Positions 27,085-35,457 of a DNA stretch of 58,454 nt are shown here, in pieces. The DNA is from a virus (lineage: Duplodnaviria; Caudoviricetes), in IMG/VR virus record IMGVR_UViG_3300043443_000324, positions 1 to 58,454 of that record; one strand, 5' to 3'. The position numbers were made by a program, and so were the translations under genes. The stretch's first letter is position 1. Each line of letters begins with the position of its first letter. Under the pieces are notes generated by a model. That model was not told where the DNA came from. It ran no database searches and saw only the letters and a program-made list of their open reading frames with translations.

Positions 27085-27345
27085 ATGACCGACACCTTCA
27101 CCGCCACCCCCCTCCACCAGCAGGCGCTCTACGCCCTCGCCGCCTCGGACATCCGCAAGGGCGACGCCATCCAGCCGGTCGCGGGCCGCAAGCTCCGCGA
27201 CTGCCGGGCCGAGAGCGACCCCTACATCGGCCGCCTGCCCGGCGACACCGAGGACAGCGCCATCCTGCACTGGTCGCATCAGGCCAGCGACAACGACCGG
27301 CACTGGTGCACTGGGCGCCTGTCCAGCTTCAAGCGGGGGGCCTGA
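27085..27345 (+). CDS. Hypothetical protein
   Basis: SD AGGAG, high GC3. Confidence 0.7.
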   Translation: MTDTFTATPLHQQALYALAASDIRKGDAIQPVAGRKLRDCRAESDPYIGRLPGDTEDSAILHWSHQASDNDRHWCTGRLSSFKRGA

Positions 27346-27348
27346 ACC

Positions 27349-27612
27349 ATGACCGCACTGCCATCGACCTATCGCGGCTGGACCATCCACTACGAGGACT
27401 GGGCGCGCTGCTACGAGGCCACCGGCCCCAACTACGACGCCGACTGGCGCGGCGAGGAGGACGGCTGGGAGGGCAACGGCCACCGCGTGCAGGCCGACAG
27501 CCTGCGCGGCATCTACGCCGAGATCGACGCCTTCTACGACGACGATCACTACAACGACACGCTCGATGCTATCGGCGACGCCGAGCACGAGCGCCGCAGA
27601 CTGGAGGACTGA
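27349..27612 (+). CDS. Acidic, aromatic-rich hypothetical protein
   Basis: YRGWTI, YEATGPNYDA; operon position. Confidence 0.75.
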   Translation: MTALPSTYRGWTIHYEDWARCYEATGPNYDADWRGEEDGWEGNGHRVQADSLRGIYAEIDAFYDDDHYNDTLDAIGDAEHERRRLED

Positions 27613-27616
27613 GACC

Positions 27617-27796
27617 ATGACTACCAAAACCGAAGTTGACGGGGCCATCCGCATTGGCGCCTTTGTTGTCGAGCAACCCTACGGCGATGAGCCGGGGAAG
27701 GTGGGCATCTACCGCTACAACGACGGGGAGGGCGGCAACTTCGACGCCGCCGGGCTGGAGGCGCTGATCGCCGCTTACTACGAGGAGCACTTCTAG
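27617..27796 (+). CDS. Hypothetical protein
   Basis: SD GGAGG; DGEGGNF motif. Confidence 0.7.
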   Translation: MTTKTEVDGAIRIGAFVVEQPYGDEPGKVGIYRYNDGEGGNFDAAGLEALIAAYYEEHF

Positions 27797-28320
27797 TGGC
27801 CGTAGACATCAAACTGAACAACATGATCGACGCACTGGGGCGCCTCGAGCGCGTCCGCATCGAGGACGTCGAGCTGTCCGTCCGCGCCCTGCGCGGCCTC
27901 AAGAACGTCGGCGCGGTGACGCTGGCCGACGCCCAGCGCGCGATCATTGACCGCACCCTCATCAAGCAGCACCACATCGGCCGCCGCACGGTCGACGAGG
28001 TGCGCGAGATCATCGCCAACGTCTCGGCCCTGCCCGACGAGGCCCTGCCGCCGCGCGACACGGTGCTGCGTGAGGAGGACACCGAGGCCGACCTGCTGCG
28101 CTATGAGAACGCGCGCCTGCTCGACGAGCTGAAGCGCAAGGACGCGTTCATCGCCGCCCTGCGCCTCGAGCCTGACCGCCTGTCCAAGCTGCTGCAGACC
28201 GAGCGCCACAACCACACCCGCACGTGCCGCCGCCTTGACACCGTCATCGCCATGATGAGCGTGGCCGACCTGCGCCGCGCCGGGATCGACGTCGACATCA
28301 CCTTCAACGAAGAGGACTGA
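27796..28320 (+). CDS. RNA polymerase alpha-CTD-like protein with C-terminal coiled coil
   Basis: IEDVELSVRALRGLKNVGAVTLAD...LIKQHHIGRRTVDEVREII resembles the alpha-CTD HhH pattern. Confidence 0.75.
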   Translation: MAVDIKLNNMIDALGRLERVRIEDVELSVRALRGLKNVGAVTLADAQRAIIDRTLIKQHHIGRRTVDEVREIIANVSALPDEALPPRDTVLREEDTEADLLRYENARLLDELKRKDAFIAALRLEPDRLSKLLQTERHNHTRTCRRLDTVIAMMSVADLRRAGIDVDITFNEED

Positions 28321-28325
28321 ACACC

Positions 28326-28475
28326 GTGCACACGTCTCTCTGGCTGGCCTTCGCCGCCATCACCTTCGGCATGACGGGCATGGTCGCCCGCAGCACGATA
28401 ACCAGCGCCGTGGCCCTCGGGCTGGCCATCCTGTGCATGGTCGCCGCCATCCTCACCACGCCGCTGCCCGCATGA
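28326..28475 (+). CDS. Small two-TM membrane protein
   Basis: GTG after GAGGA; 49 aa, hydrophobic. Confidence 0.6.
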   Translation: MHTSLWLAFAAITFGMTGMVARSTITSAVALGLAILCMVAAILTTPLPA

Positions 28476-28891
28476 GCGTGCACGCCACCTTCAGCGATCG
28501 GCTGGGCGAGGCCCTGCGCATGCGCGGCCAGACCCTCAAGGGCCTGTCGCGCGTGTCGGGCTACAACACCAGCTACCTGTGCCGTCTGCGCGCCGGGGAC
28601 AAGGCCAACCCGACAGTCGGCGCGGTGTGGGCGCTGGCCTCGGCCCTCGACGTCAGCCCCTTCTGGCTGCTGGGCGGGGACGACGAGCCGGGCGACCTGC
28701 ACGCGCCCTACCGGGCACGCCCGTCCGGCCTCAGCGAGGCGCAGTGGGCCGACGTGGCCGACCTGCGCGCACGCGGCGCGTCGTGGCCCAAGGTGGTCGA
28801 CTGGCTGCGCCAGCACCACGGCGTCGTCGTCCAAGACCACAGCCTCCGCCGGGCCTCTGCAGGAAAGTTATCCACAGGGGGTTGCAACTAG
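28472..28891 (+). CDS. XRE-family HTH regulator with a second HTH-like domain
   Basis: FSDRL..A...RGQT...LS..SG...SYL..L..G..ANPT.....LASALDVSPFWLLG. Confidence 0.8.
   Translation: MSVHATFSDRLGEALRMRGQTLKGLSRVSGYNTSYLCRLRAGDKANPTVGAVWALASALDVSPFWLLGGDDEPGDLHAPYRARPSGLSEAQWADVADLRARGASWPKVVDWLRQHHGVVVQDHSLRRASAGKLSTGGCN
28868..28876 (+). promoter_or_regulatory. Perfect DnaA box TTATCCACA 5 nt upstream of the P4 -35
   Basis: Exact consensus match. Confidence 0.5.
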
Positions 28892-28941
28892 GCGTAGCAG
28901 TGGTATGGAGGGTCATCAGCAACGCAATGGAGTACCCGCCC
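28882..28941 (+). promoter_or_regulatory. Early promoter cassette P4
   Basis: TTGCAA-N16-TATGGA, CATCAGCAACG, GGAG. Confidence 0.8.
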
Positions 28942-29100
28942 ATGACCACCAAGACCGCCCGCCGCCCGTCCCGCGAACTGCGCGCCATGGCCTTCGCCAT
29001 CGCCGACGAGATCGAGACGGTCGCGCAGCGCTACATCGCACGGGGCTACAGCCGCAAGGCGGCTGTCACCCTCGCCATCACCCAGATCGCAGGAGCCTGA
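28942..29100 (+). CDS. Small early protein
   Basis: ATG after P4 SD. Confidence 0.7.
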   Translation: MTTKTARRPSRELRAMAFAIADEIETVAQRYIARGYSRKAAVTLAITQIAGA

Positions 29101-29103
29101 GCC

Positions 29104-29283
29104 ATGAGCTTCTTCAAGAACCGCCGCGACGACACCTGCACCTTCGTCTGCGACGACTGTGGCGTCGAGCACCAGCTCGACGGCACGGACTTCTTCGACG
29201 CGCTGGATGCCGCCAAGGACGACGGCTGGCGCGCACGGCAGGAGAGCGGCGACTGGCTGCACCTGTGCCCCGACTGCCTGTAG
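29104..29283 (+). CDS. Small zinc-ribbon protein
   Basis: CDDC ... GW ... HLCPDC; SD AGGAG. Confidence 0.75.
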   Translation: MSFFKNRRDDTCTFVCDDCGVEHQLDGTDFFDALDAAKDDGWRARQESGDWLHLCPDCL

Positions 29284-29294
29284 GAGAGACGGAC

Positions 29295-29540
29295 ATGCTG
29301 ACACCCGAGGAGGAGGCCCACGAGGCCCTGCACGACAAGGTAGAGCTGGCCGTGGCCGACCTGCTGGACGACGCCTTCGAGCACCACGAGTGCGGGGCCG
29401 ACGTGCTGGCCCGCATGCTGTGCATGTACATCACCGAGCCGAGTGCCGACGAGGAGCATGTCGGCGAGCTGCTGGCCATGGTGCTCTCCGCAGCGGCCAT
29501 GCGAGGCCTGATGCACATGCCGGTGGCCGGGCATGCGTAG
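29295..29540 (+). CDS. Acidic hypothetical protein
   Basis: SD AGGAG, high GC3. Confidence 0.7.
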   Translation: MLTPEEEAHEALHDKVELAVADLLDDAFEHHECGADVLARMLCMYITEPSADEEHVGELLAMVLSAAAMRGLMHMPVAGHA

Positions 29541-29627
29541 CTTGGAGCAACTGCGCTTCGAGGCGCAGGTCAACCTGTGGCTGTTCGACCAGTTCGGATG
29601 GCTGCCAGAGAACGAGGAGTTTGTGTG

Positions 29628-30542
29628 GTGAATGCAATTAATGAACTTATCGCCCGCTGGAACAGCGATGAAGGCAAGCCCTACAAGGGTAAGCTGATTG
29701 ACCGCGACAACTACGCCGAAGGCAACCTGTCCTGTATGTGCACGCAAGGCCAAGTCCTGCACGTTGTCGGCGGATGGAGTGCCGACATGTTGGCGGAAGC
29801 TGAACAGGCCGAAGCCGATGCAGCAACGGCGAAGTTACTGAACATCAGCCGCGCCCACGCGGTCCTGTTACGCAACACAAACGACGAGGTGGATGGCGTG
29901 CCCGCGATTGTCCTGACTGATCCGGGCGCTGTGCTTGGCGACCAGTGGAGCAAGTTGCTCGACTTTTGGTGGCATATGGATAGCCTTAACGATGACGATT
30001 GGCGTAAAGTGGCCGCTGCTGGGGCCGCTGCTTGGGCCGCTGCTGGGGACGCTGCTAGGGCCGCTGCTTGGGCCGCTGCTAGGGCCGCTGCTTGGGACGC
30101 TGCTGGGGACGCTGCTGGGGCCGCTGCTGGGGCCGCTGCTTGGGCCGCTGCTTGGGACGCTGCTGGGGACGCTGCTGGGGCCGCTGCTTGGGCCGCTGCT
30201 GGGGCCGCTGCTTGGGCCGCTGCTGGGGCCGCTGCTTGGGACGCTGCTAGGGCCGCTGCTTGGGCCGCTGCTAGGGCCGCTGCTTGGGACGCTGCTGGGG
30301 ACGCTGCTGGGGACGCTGCTGGGGACGCTGCTGGGGGCGCTGCTGGGGACGCTGCTGGGGGCGCTGCTGGGGACGCTGCTGGGGCCGCTGCTGGGGACGC
30401 TGCTGGGGGCGCCAGTTCTGAAATCCAAGGAACCGCAATTTTCAAGCAAGATGGCAGGCCGTTTTTCTTCCTCCCGATGTTCGGCTTTGCATCGCCCGAG
30501 GACATTCCGGCGCGTCCTGCTGATTATGGACTGGTGGCATGA
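29628..30542 (+). CDS. Protein with Ala-rich [ADG]AA[WRG] tetrapeptide repeat
   Basis: GTG 29628 after GAGGAG; globular N- and C-terminal parts flank the repeat. Confidence 0.8.
   Translation: MNAINELIARWNSDEGKPYKGKLIDRDNYAEGNLSCMCTQGQVLHVVGGWSADMLAEAEQAEADAATAKLLNISRAHAVLLRNTNDEVDGVPAIVLTDPGAVLGDQWSKLLDFWWHMDSLNDDDWRKVAAAGAAAWAAAGDAARAAAWAAARAAAWDAAGDAAGAAAGAAAWAAAWDAAGDAAGAAAWAAAGAAAWAAAGAAAWDAARAAAWAAARAAAWDAAGDAAGDAAGDAAGGAAGDAAGGAAGDAAGAAAGDAAGGASSEIQGTAIFKQDGRPFFFLPMFGFASPEDIPARPADYGLVA
30012..30407 (+). repeat. 33 tandem 12-bp units G[CAG]C GCT GCT [GTA]GG
   Basis: Directly visible; 396 bp. Confidence 0.95.
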
Positions 30543-30584
30543 CCGAGATTGAGAAGAAGCCCGCGCAGCACTGGAGGGGAAGAA

Positions 30585-30791
30585 ATGACTGACACCCCCA
30601 CCCACTTCCGCTTTCGCCTAGGCGACAAGGTGCGCAAGGTCCGTGGCTCGTCATGGCGCGGCACTGTCTGCGGTTGGTATAGCACCGACCACACGCCTGA
30701 GGGCTACAACGTCAACAGCGATTTTGAGCCGGGGTCTGTCCAGTGCTGGCCGCTGGCGGCGCTTGAGGCTTGGGAGATCGACAATGGATGA
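30585..30791 (+). CDS. DfrB / R67 type II dihydrofolate reductase homolog (SH3 fold)
   Basis: FRLGDKVRK..GSSWRG.V.GWYST..TPEGY.V.S..EPGSVQCWPLAALE aligns with R67; VQIY replaced by VQCW. Confidence 0.85.
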   Translation: MTDTPTHFRFRLGDKVRKVRGSSWRGTVCGWYSTDHTPEGYNVNSDFEPGSVQCWPLAALEAWEIDNG

Positions 30792-31068
30792 AATGATCGC
30801 AGCGATGGCGATTGCCATGTGTCAAAGCGCGTTAGGTGGCAAGCGCTGCCCTTGCGCCGAAACAGGCAAGTTCAACTGCCGCAACGAATACCCCGGTGAA
30901 CAGGCCACCGTCGCCTACAACGCCATGCGCGAGACGCTGGTGCCGGTGATGTATGCCGTGGAGGAGGAGGGCCACCCGATCATCAGCTACATCACCCGTG
31001 AAAAGCCTACCGAACAGGCAACCAGTGTTACACCCCTCTACGCACTCCCGGAGATCGACAATGGTTAA
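30784..31068 (+). CDS. Hypothetical protein
   Basis: GGAG SD; Cys cluster; VTPLYA C-terminal motif. Confidence 0.65.
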   Translation: MDEMIAAMAIAMCQSALGGKRCPCAETGKFNCRNEYPGEQATVAYNAMRETLVPVMYAVEEEGHPIISYITREKPTEQATSVTPLYALPEIDNG

Positions 31069-31243
31069 GGTGACACAGGCTGACCGCATCGCCGCCCTGA
31101 TCGCTGCCGGTGACAGGCTGGCGGGGTTTGCGGGGCATGATGATGGGTGCTCATCTGGAGGGCCTTACCCGTTCCCTGAAGATCGCTGCACCTGCGGCTA
31201 CACCGAGGCTTGGAAGCAGTGGAAGGAGGTGCGGGGTGAGTGA
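31061..31243 (+). CDS. Small Cys/His protein
   Basis: GHDDGC...CTCG; GGAG SD. Confidence 0.65.
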   Translation: MVKVTQADRIAALIAAGDRLAGFAGHDDGCSSGGPYPFPEDRCTCGYTEAWKQWKEVRGE

Positions 31244-31562
31244 GTCTTGCACTTGGCCGAACGGCACCTGCCAGCATTACGCTGAGAGGCAATCAAAACC
31301 TGACCCATGGGGGCGGGTCTGGATGCACTGCGAGGAAGGTCTATCTATGAGCAATGCCAGTCTTGCGCGGTTCATGGGGTTTTGCCTGCGCAATCGCATC
31401 AAGGTTGGCGATATATGGGCCTTTCAGCCTAGCTATCCACGGTCTTTGGTCACTGCGGCTGTGTGCCTAAAGCCAGAGCAATTTGAAGCATTTGAGCGGG
31501 AGACAGGTGGAAAGCTGCGAGAGCCTCCGAAGATCAAACTCAATTCAGGAGGCCACCCATGA
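31236..31562 (+). CDS. Hypothetical protein
   Basis: GTG after AAGGAGG; AT-richer codons. Confidence 0.6.
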   Translation: MSESCTWPNGTCQHYAERQSKPDPWGRVWMHCEEGLSMSNASLARFMGFCLRNRIKVGDIWAFQPSYPRSLVTAAVCLKPEQFEAFERETGGKLREPPKIKLNSGGHP

Positions 31563-31837
31563 CCAACCCCATGACTGAAGCCGCCGCGAGGGCGATACAC
31601 ACCAGAGTTAGTAGCTCAATGGGGGAAACACTTAGCTGGGATGATGAGTTTCCAGAGGTGCGCGCGGGATTCATTGCCGACGCCCAAGCCGCCATCACCG
31701 CCATCGAACCCATGATCCGCGCTGACGAACGCGCGAAGGTGGAGCGGGAGATTGTGGAGTGGTTGCGGGAACAAGACGGCCATGGATACGACCATATGAG
31801 GGCCGACTGCATCGAGGCCGGGGAGCATTTGAAATGA
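31559..31837 (+). CDS. Hypothetical protein
   Basis: SD AGGAGG; AAARAI, AQAAITA, IVEWLR..AD.IE.GEH motifs common in small phage proteins. Confidence 0.7.
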   Translation: MTNPMTEAAARAIHTRVSSSMGETLSWDDEFPEVRAGFIADAQAAITAIEPMIRADERAKVEREIVEWLREQDGHGYDHMRADCIEAGEHLK

Positions 31838-32007
31838 AAATAGGTGATACCGTCCGCAAGAAGCGCGGCTACCCATGGCCCGGCGTGATCGTGGCTGACT
31901 TCTTCAACCTCGCAGGCGAACGCCGCATCGTGGTTGAATGCACAGTGCCGGAAGTCGCTGGCGCGCTGCATATTTATAACCCGGAGCAGTTGGAGGTGAC
32001 GGGATGA
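31834..32007 (+). CDS. Second, more divergent DfrB-like SH3-fold protein
   Basis: IGDTVRKKRGYPWPGVIV..F.......VVE......GALHIYNPEQLE. Confidence 0.65.
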   Translation: MKIGDTVRKKRGYPWPGVIVADFFNLAGERRIVVECTVPEVAGALHIYNPEQLEVTG

Positions 32008-32660
32008 CCAACAGCGAGATCATCGCCTTCGCCGCGCGCCTCTTCCACGTCGACCCGGCGCTCATGCGCAAGGACTGCCGCAACCGGCACGTCTGCCGGG
32101 CGCGCTTCGCCCTCTACGCTGGCTTCATGCTGCGCGGCGAGCTGCGGGGCTTTCCGCCGTCGACCTCCCAGATCGGCCGCTGGTGCCACCGCGACCACAG
32201 CACCGTCATCTACGGCCTGCGCAAGGCGCACGCCCTCATGCAGGCCGACGCGGCCTTCCTCGAGGCCGTCTGCGAAATTGCAACGGTGACGCAAGAAAGC
32301 CCTTGCAACACGCCGTTGCGTCCTGTACGGGTCGTTCATCAGCAACCGAGGAGGAACCCCATGGACAACCCCGAATACGTCGAAGCCCGCATCAATGAGC
32401 TGCTGGCCAAGCTGGGCGAGAAGCGCATCGCCGTCTACTGGGACGGCGAACTGATCGAGCGCGACACGCCGCGCTGCTTCAACGTCTACTGGGAGGGCAA
32501 CGATACGCCCTACTGGCTGGAGGACTACCGCAGCCGCATCAGCATCCACACCGAGGAGAACCGCTGCCGCTACACTGTCGACAGCGCCCGCTACTACGAG
32601 GACATCGCCGCCAAGCTGGCCGAGTTCCTCCCCACCGCCATCATCGAGGAGGCAGCCTGA
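32004..32660 (+). CDS. DnaA C-terminal (domain IV) HTH protein, reading through P5 in frame into the next early gene
   Basis: R.RHVCRARF...STSQIGRWCHRDHSTVIYGLRK. Confidence 0.75.
   Translation: MTNSEIIAFAARLFHVDPALMRKDCRNRHVCRARFALYAGFMLRGELRGFPPSTSQIGRWCHRDHSTVIYGLRKAHALMQADAAFLEAVCEIATVTQESPCNTPLRPVRVVHQQPRRNPMDNPEYVEARINELLAKLGEKRIAVYWDGELIERDTPRCFNVYWEGNDTPYWLEDYRSRISIHTEENRCRYTVDSARYYEDIAAKLAEFLPTAIIEEAA
32303..32360 (+). promoter_or_regulatory. Early promoter cassette P5 (inside the DnaA-IV ORF)
   Basis: TTGCAA-N17-TACGGG, CATCAGCAACC, GAGGAGG. Confidence 0.75.
32361..32660 (+). CDS. Early protein from internal start
   Basis: Strong SD GAGGAGG and ATG right after P5. Confidence 0.7.
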   Translation: MDNPEYVEARINELLAKLGEKRIAVYWDGELIERDTPRCFNVYWEGNDTPYWLEDYRSRISIHTEENRCRYTVDSARYYEDIAAKLAEFLPTAIIEEAA

Positions 32661-32661
32661 C

Positions 32662-32934
32662 ATGACCCTGTCCGAGATCATCAACCCGTGGGGCGCGCTG
32701 CGCCGCCTCAAGGTCGCCCACGCGTGGCTCCGCGAGGAGTTCGAGAAGGAGCGTGCGCGGGCCGACCGCAGCGCGCGCAACGCCACCGACGCCCGCAACG
32801 CCGCCGACAATCACTCGCTGACGGCCATGGGCCGGGCGCAGGAGATCGACCGGCTGCGGCACCAGCTCCGGCAGGCGCACTTCCGCAACCCCAAGACGGG
32901 CCGCCTCGGCAGGCGCGGGGAGACGTTCCAGTGA
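32662..32934 (+). CDS. Hypothetical coiled-coil protein
   Basis: RNPKTGR C-terminal motif; SD GAGGAGG. Confidence 0.7.
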   Translation: MTLSEIINPWGALRRLKVAHAWLREEFEKERARADRSARNATDARNAADNHSLTAMGRAQEIDRLRHQLRQAHFRNPKTGRLGRRGETFQ

Positions 32935-33095
32935 GCCAGACAACCTACGAGCTGCGCAGCGTGCGCGGCAACCGACCCGTCTTCGCGTTTGACGACATCG
33001 TCAGGGCGCGGCAAGAGCAGGAGCGCGCCAGCGCACGGGGCGTCCGCCTCGCGCTGGTCCGCGTAACCCGTACCGAGGAAGTGATCGCCGCATGA
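32931..33095 (+). CDS. Small hypothetical protein
   Basis: GTGA overlap, GGAG SD. Confidence 0.6.
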   Translation: MSQTTYELRSVRGNRPVFAFDDIVRARQEQERASARGVRLALVRVTRTEEVIAA

Positions 33096-33349
33096 CCCCC
33101 ACCACCAAGGAAGACCGCGTCCGCGCCCTCGAGACGGCCATCGACCGCGCGGGCGGCATCATCCGCTTCAGCAAGGCGATGAACATCACGCATCAGGCCG
33201 TCTACAACTGGAAGCGCCGGGGCTGGGTGCCCGCCACGCAGGCGCTCATGATCGAGGCGATCTTCGCCGTGCCGCGCGCCGAACTCATGGAGCCGAGCCT
33301 CGCGGCCGTCCTGACGACGCCGCCGATCACGCACGACGACATCCTCTGA
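33092..33349 (+). CDS. Cro/YdaS-like HTH regulator
   Basis: AIDRAGG...FSKAMNITHQAVYNWKRRGWVP; upstream of primase. Confidence 0.8.
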   Translation: MTPTTKEDRVRALETAIDRAGGIIRFSKAMNITHQAVYNWKRRGWVPATQALMIEAIFAVPRAELMEPSLAAVLTTPPITHDDIL

Positions 33350-33379
33350 CGCCGCCTCCCCGTGGAGAGGGACAACGAC

Positions 33380-35431
33380 ATGACACCCAAAGTGCGCCCT
33401 ATCGCGCCGCACCTGCGCGCCCTCGACGCGCCTGAGCCGCTGCGTGCGCTGCCCTCATGGCTAATTTGGCGCTACGAGACCCACGCCGAAGAGCCGAAGC
33501 CCCGCAAGGTGCCCTACTACGCGGCAGGCCACCGCCGCTACGGCCAGCAGGGCAGCCCGAACGACCGGGCCAACCTGACCACCTTCGCTGCCGCCCGCGA
33601 CGCCGCCGCGCGGCTGGGCTTCGACGGCGTGGGCTTCGCCATGCTGCCCGACTGGCAGGTGACGGCCCTCGACGTCGACCACTGCGTCGACGCCGACGGC
33701 AACCTGCCGCCCGAGATCGCCGACATCGTGCGGCGCACCTACGCCGAGTACTCGCCCAGCGGCTCAGGCGTGCGGGCCTTCTTCACGGGCGCGCTGGGCA
33801 ACCACAAGAGCCCCGCGACGGCGGAGCAGTACGGGCTGGAGACCTTCAGCAGCACCGGCTTCGTGACGTTCACCGGCAACATCCTCGGCCACGTCGACAT
33901 CCTCGGCTACGAGGACAAGGTGGCGGCCCTGCCCCAGCCCCTGATCGACCTGTGCGAGAGGCGCTTCGGCAGCACCGCCTCCCGCTTCGACCCCGACGAC
34001 ATCATGGCGGGCTACGAGCCGAAGCTGGGCCTGTCCGTCGAGCAGATGGAAGACCTGCTGGCCGCCCTCGACCCCGACTGCGGCCGCGACGAGTGGGTGC
34101 GCGTCGGCATGGCCCTGCACCACGAGTGCGAGGGCGACGACACCGGCTTCGACCTGTGGAACGACTGGTCGGCGCTGGGCGGCAAGTACCCGTCCGAGGA
34201 GGCGCTGCGGCAGCAGTGGGACAGCTTCGAGCGCCGCAAGGGGCCGGGCCGCAGGCAGGTCACCATGGCCTCGGTCATCAAGATGGCCAAGGAGGCGGGC
34301 TACGTCCGCCCTCTGGAGGCGGCTACCGCTGACGACCTGCGCAAGGTAGCCGCCGAAGTAGCGCAGCAGGACTGGGCACCCCGCGCCGGTCTCATGCCGC
34401 CCGACTACGACGGGCGCTTCCCGTTCTTCCGGGCATCCGACGTGGCCAACCGGCCGCCGCTGGACTGGTGGATCAAGGGCGTGCTGCCCAAGGCCCAGAT
34501 CGGCGCGATCTTCGGCGCGTCGGGCAGCGGCAAGTCCTTCCTCGCCCTCGACATCATGGCGCACCTCTCGCTGGGCCTGAACTGGCGCGAGCGGCGCACG
34601 CGCAGGGCGAGGGGCCTCTACGTGGCCGCCGAGGGCGGCGCGGGCGTGGGCAAGCGCATCAAGGCGTGGGCGCGCAAGAACAACATCGACCTCGACGACC
34701 TCGACATTGCCGTCCTGACGGTCGCGCCGAACATCATGCTCAAGGACGACATCGAGGAGCTGGTCCGCGCCATGACGCTGGCCGGTGACTTCGACTACAT
34801 CGTCCTCGACACCTACGCGCAGGTGACGCCCGGCGCGAACGAGAACGCCGCCGAGGACATGGGCCTCGCGCTGGCGCACTGCCGGGCGATCCACGAGGCG
34901 ACGGGGGCCATGGTCATCCTGATCCACCACAGCGGCAAGGACGCGGCGCGCGGCGTGCGCGGCTGGTCGGGCATCAACGCGGCGCTGGACTTCGCCATTG
35001 AGATCACGCGCATCGAGGACGGCGACTACCGCGAGGCCAAGATCACGAAGATGAAGGACGGCGAGGACGGCCTGAAGTTCGGCTTCAAGCTCGAGATCGT
35101 CGTCACCGGCATCGACAGCGATGGCGACGAGGTCACGAGCTGCGTCATCACCGACGCCGACGCGCCGGTCGAGGAGAAGCCCATCGGCAAGGGCATCCGG
35201 CGGCGCGGGCGCATGGAGAACCACATCCTCGAGACGATGGCCACCTTCGGCGTCAGCGACACGGTCAAGATCGTCGACCTCGTCGACCGCGCCGTGCAGA
35301 CGTTCCCGGCGCCGGAGCCGGGCGAGCGCGACACGCGCCGCCAGCGGATTGTCCGGGCAATTCAGACGCTTGCCAAGGAGAAGGACGGCCCGCTGTCTTT
35401 GGACAACAACGTGGTCATTTTTTATGAGTGA
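33380..35431 (+). CDS. Primase-helicase (AEP-type primase, PriCT-2, RecA-like AAA_25 helicase)
   Basis: LDVDHC, YAEYSPSGSGVR, RDEWVRVGMAL..WNDWS..GGKY, GASGSGKS, IVLDT, IHHSGKD, RGWS. Confidence 0.9.
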   Translation: MTPKVRPIAPHLRALDAPEPLRALPSWLIWRYETHAEEPKPRKVPYYAAGHRRYGQQGSPNDRANLTTFAAARDAAARLGFDGVGFAMLPDWQVTALDVDHCVDADGNLPPEIADIVRRTYAEYSPSGSGVRAFFTGALGNHKSPATAEQYGLETFSSTGFVTFTGNILGHVDILGYEDKVAALPQPLIDLCERRFGSTASRFDPDDIMAGYEPKLGLSVEQMEDLLAALDPDCGRDEWVRVGMALHHECEGDDTGFDLWNDWSALGGKYPSEEALRQQWDSFERRKGPGRRQVTMASVIKMAKEAGYVRPLEAATADDLRKVAAEVAQQDWAPRAGLMPPDYDGRFPFFRASDVANRPPLDWWIKGVLPKAQIGAIFGASGSGKSFLALDIMAHLSLGLNWRERRTRRARGLYVAAEGGAGVGKRIKAWARKNNIDLDDLDIAVLTVAPNIMLKDDIEELVRAMTLAGDFDYIVLDTYAQVTPGANENAAEDMGLALAHCRAIHEATGAMVILIHHSGKDAARGVRGWSGINAALDFAIEITRIEDGDYREAKITKMKDGEDGLKFGFKLEIVVTGIDSDGDEVTSCVITDADAPVEEKPIGKGIRRRGRMENHILETMATFGVSDTVKIVDLVDRAVQTFPAPEPGERDTRRQRIVRAIQTLAKEKDGPLSLDNNVVIFYE

Positions 35432-35457
35432 ACTTGCAATTTTTTGCAGATAGGGGG

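Noticed and set aside
28472-28891. Lysogeny module
   Set aside because: XRE and Cro-like genes are co-oriented and far apart; no integrase or parA recognised; PolA Leu762-type motif alone is not sufficient
30012-30407. CRISPR array or complete DGR
   Set aside because: No spacers; no reverse transcriptase, Avd or separate template repeat in the genome
29711-30605. Alternative-frame repeat ORFs (LLGP, PSSG, AASP)
   Set aside because: Open only because the 12-bp unit lacks stops in those frames; the Ala frame has a start, SD and globular flanks
34297-34390. Frameshift separating primase from helicase
   Set aside because: Codon bias dips in the linker and both other frames stop soon, but there is no canonical slippery site
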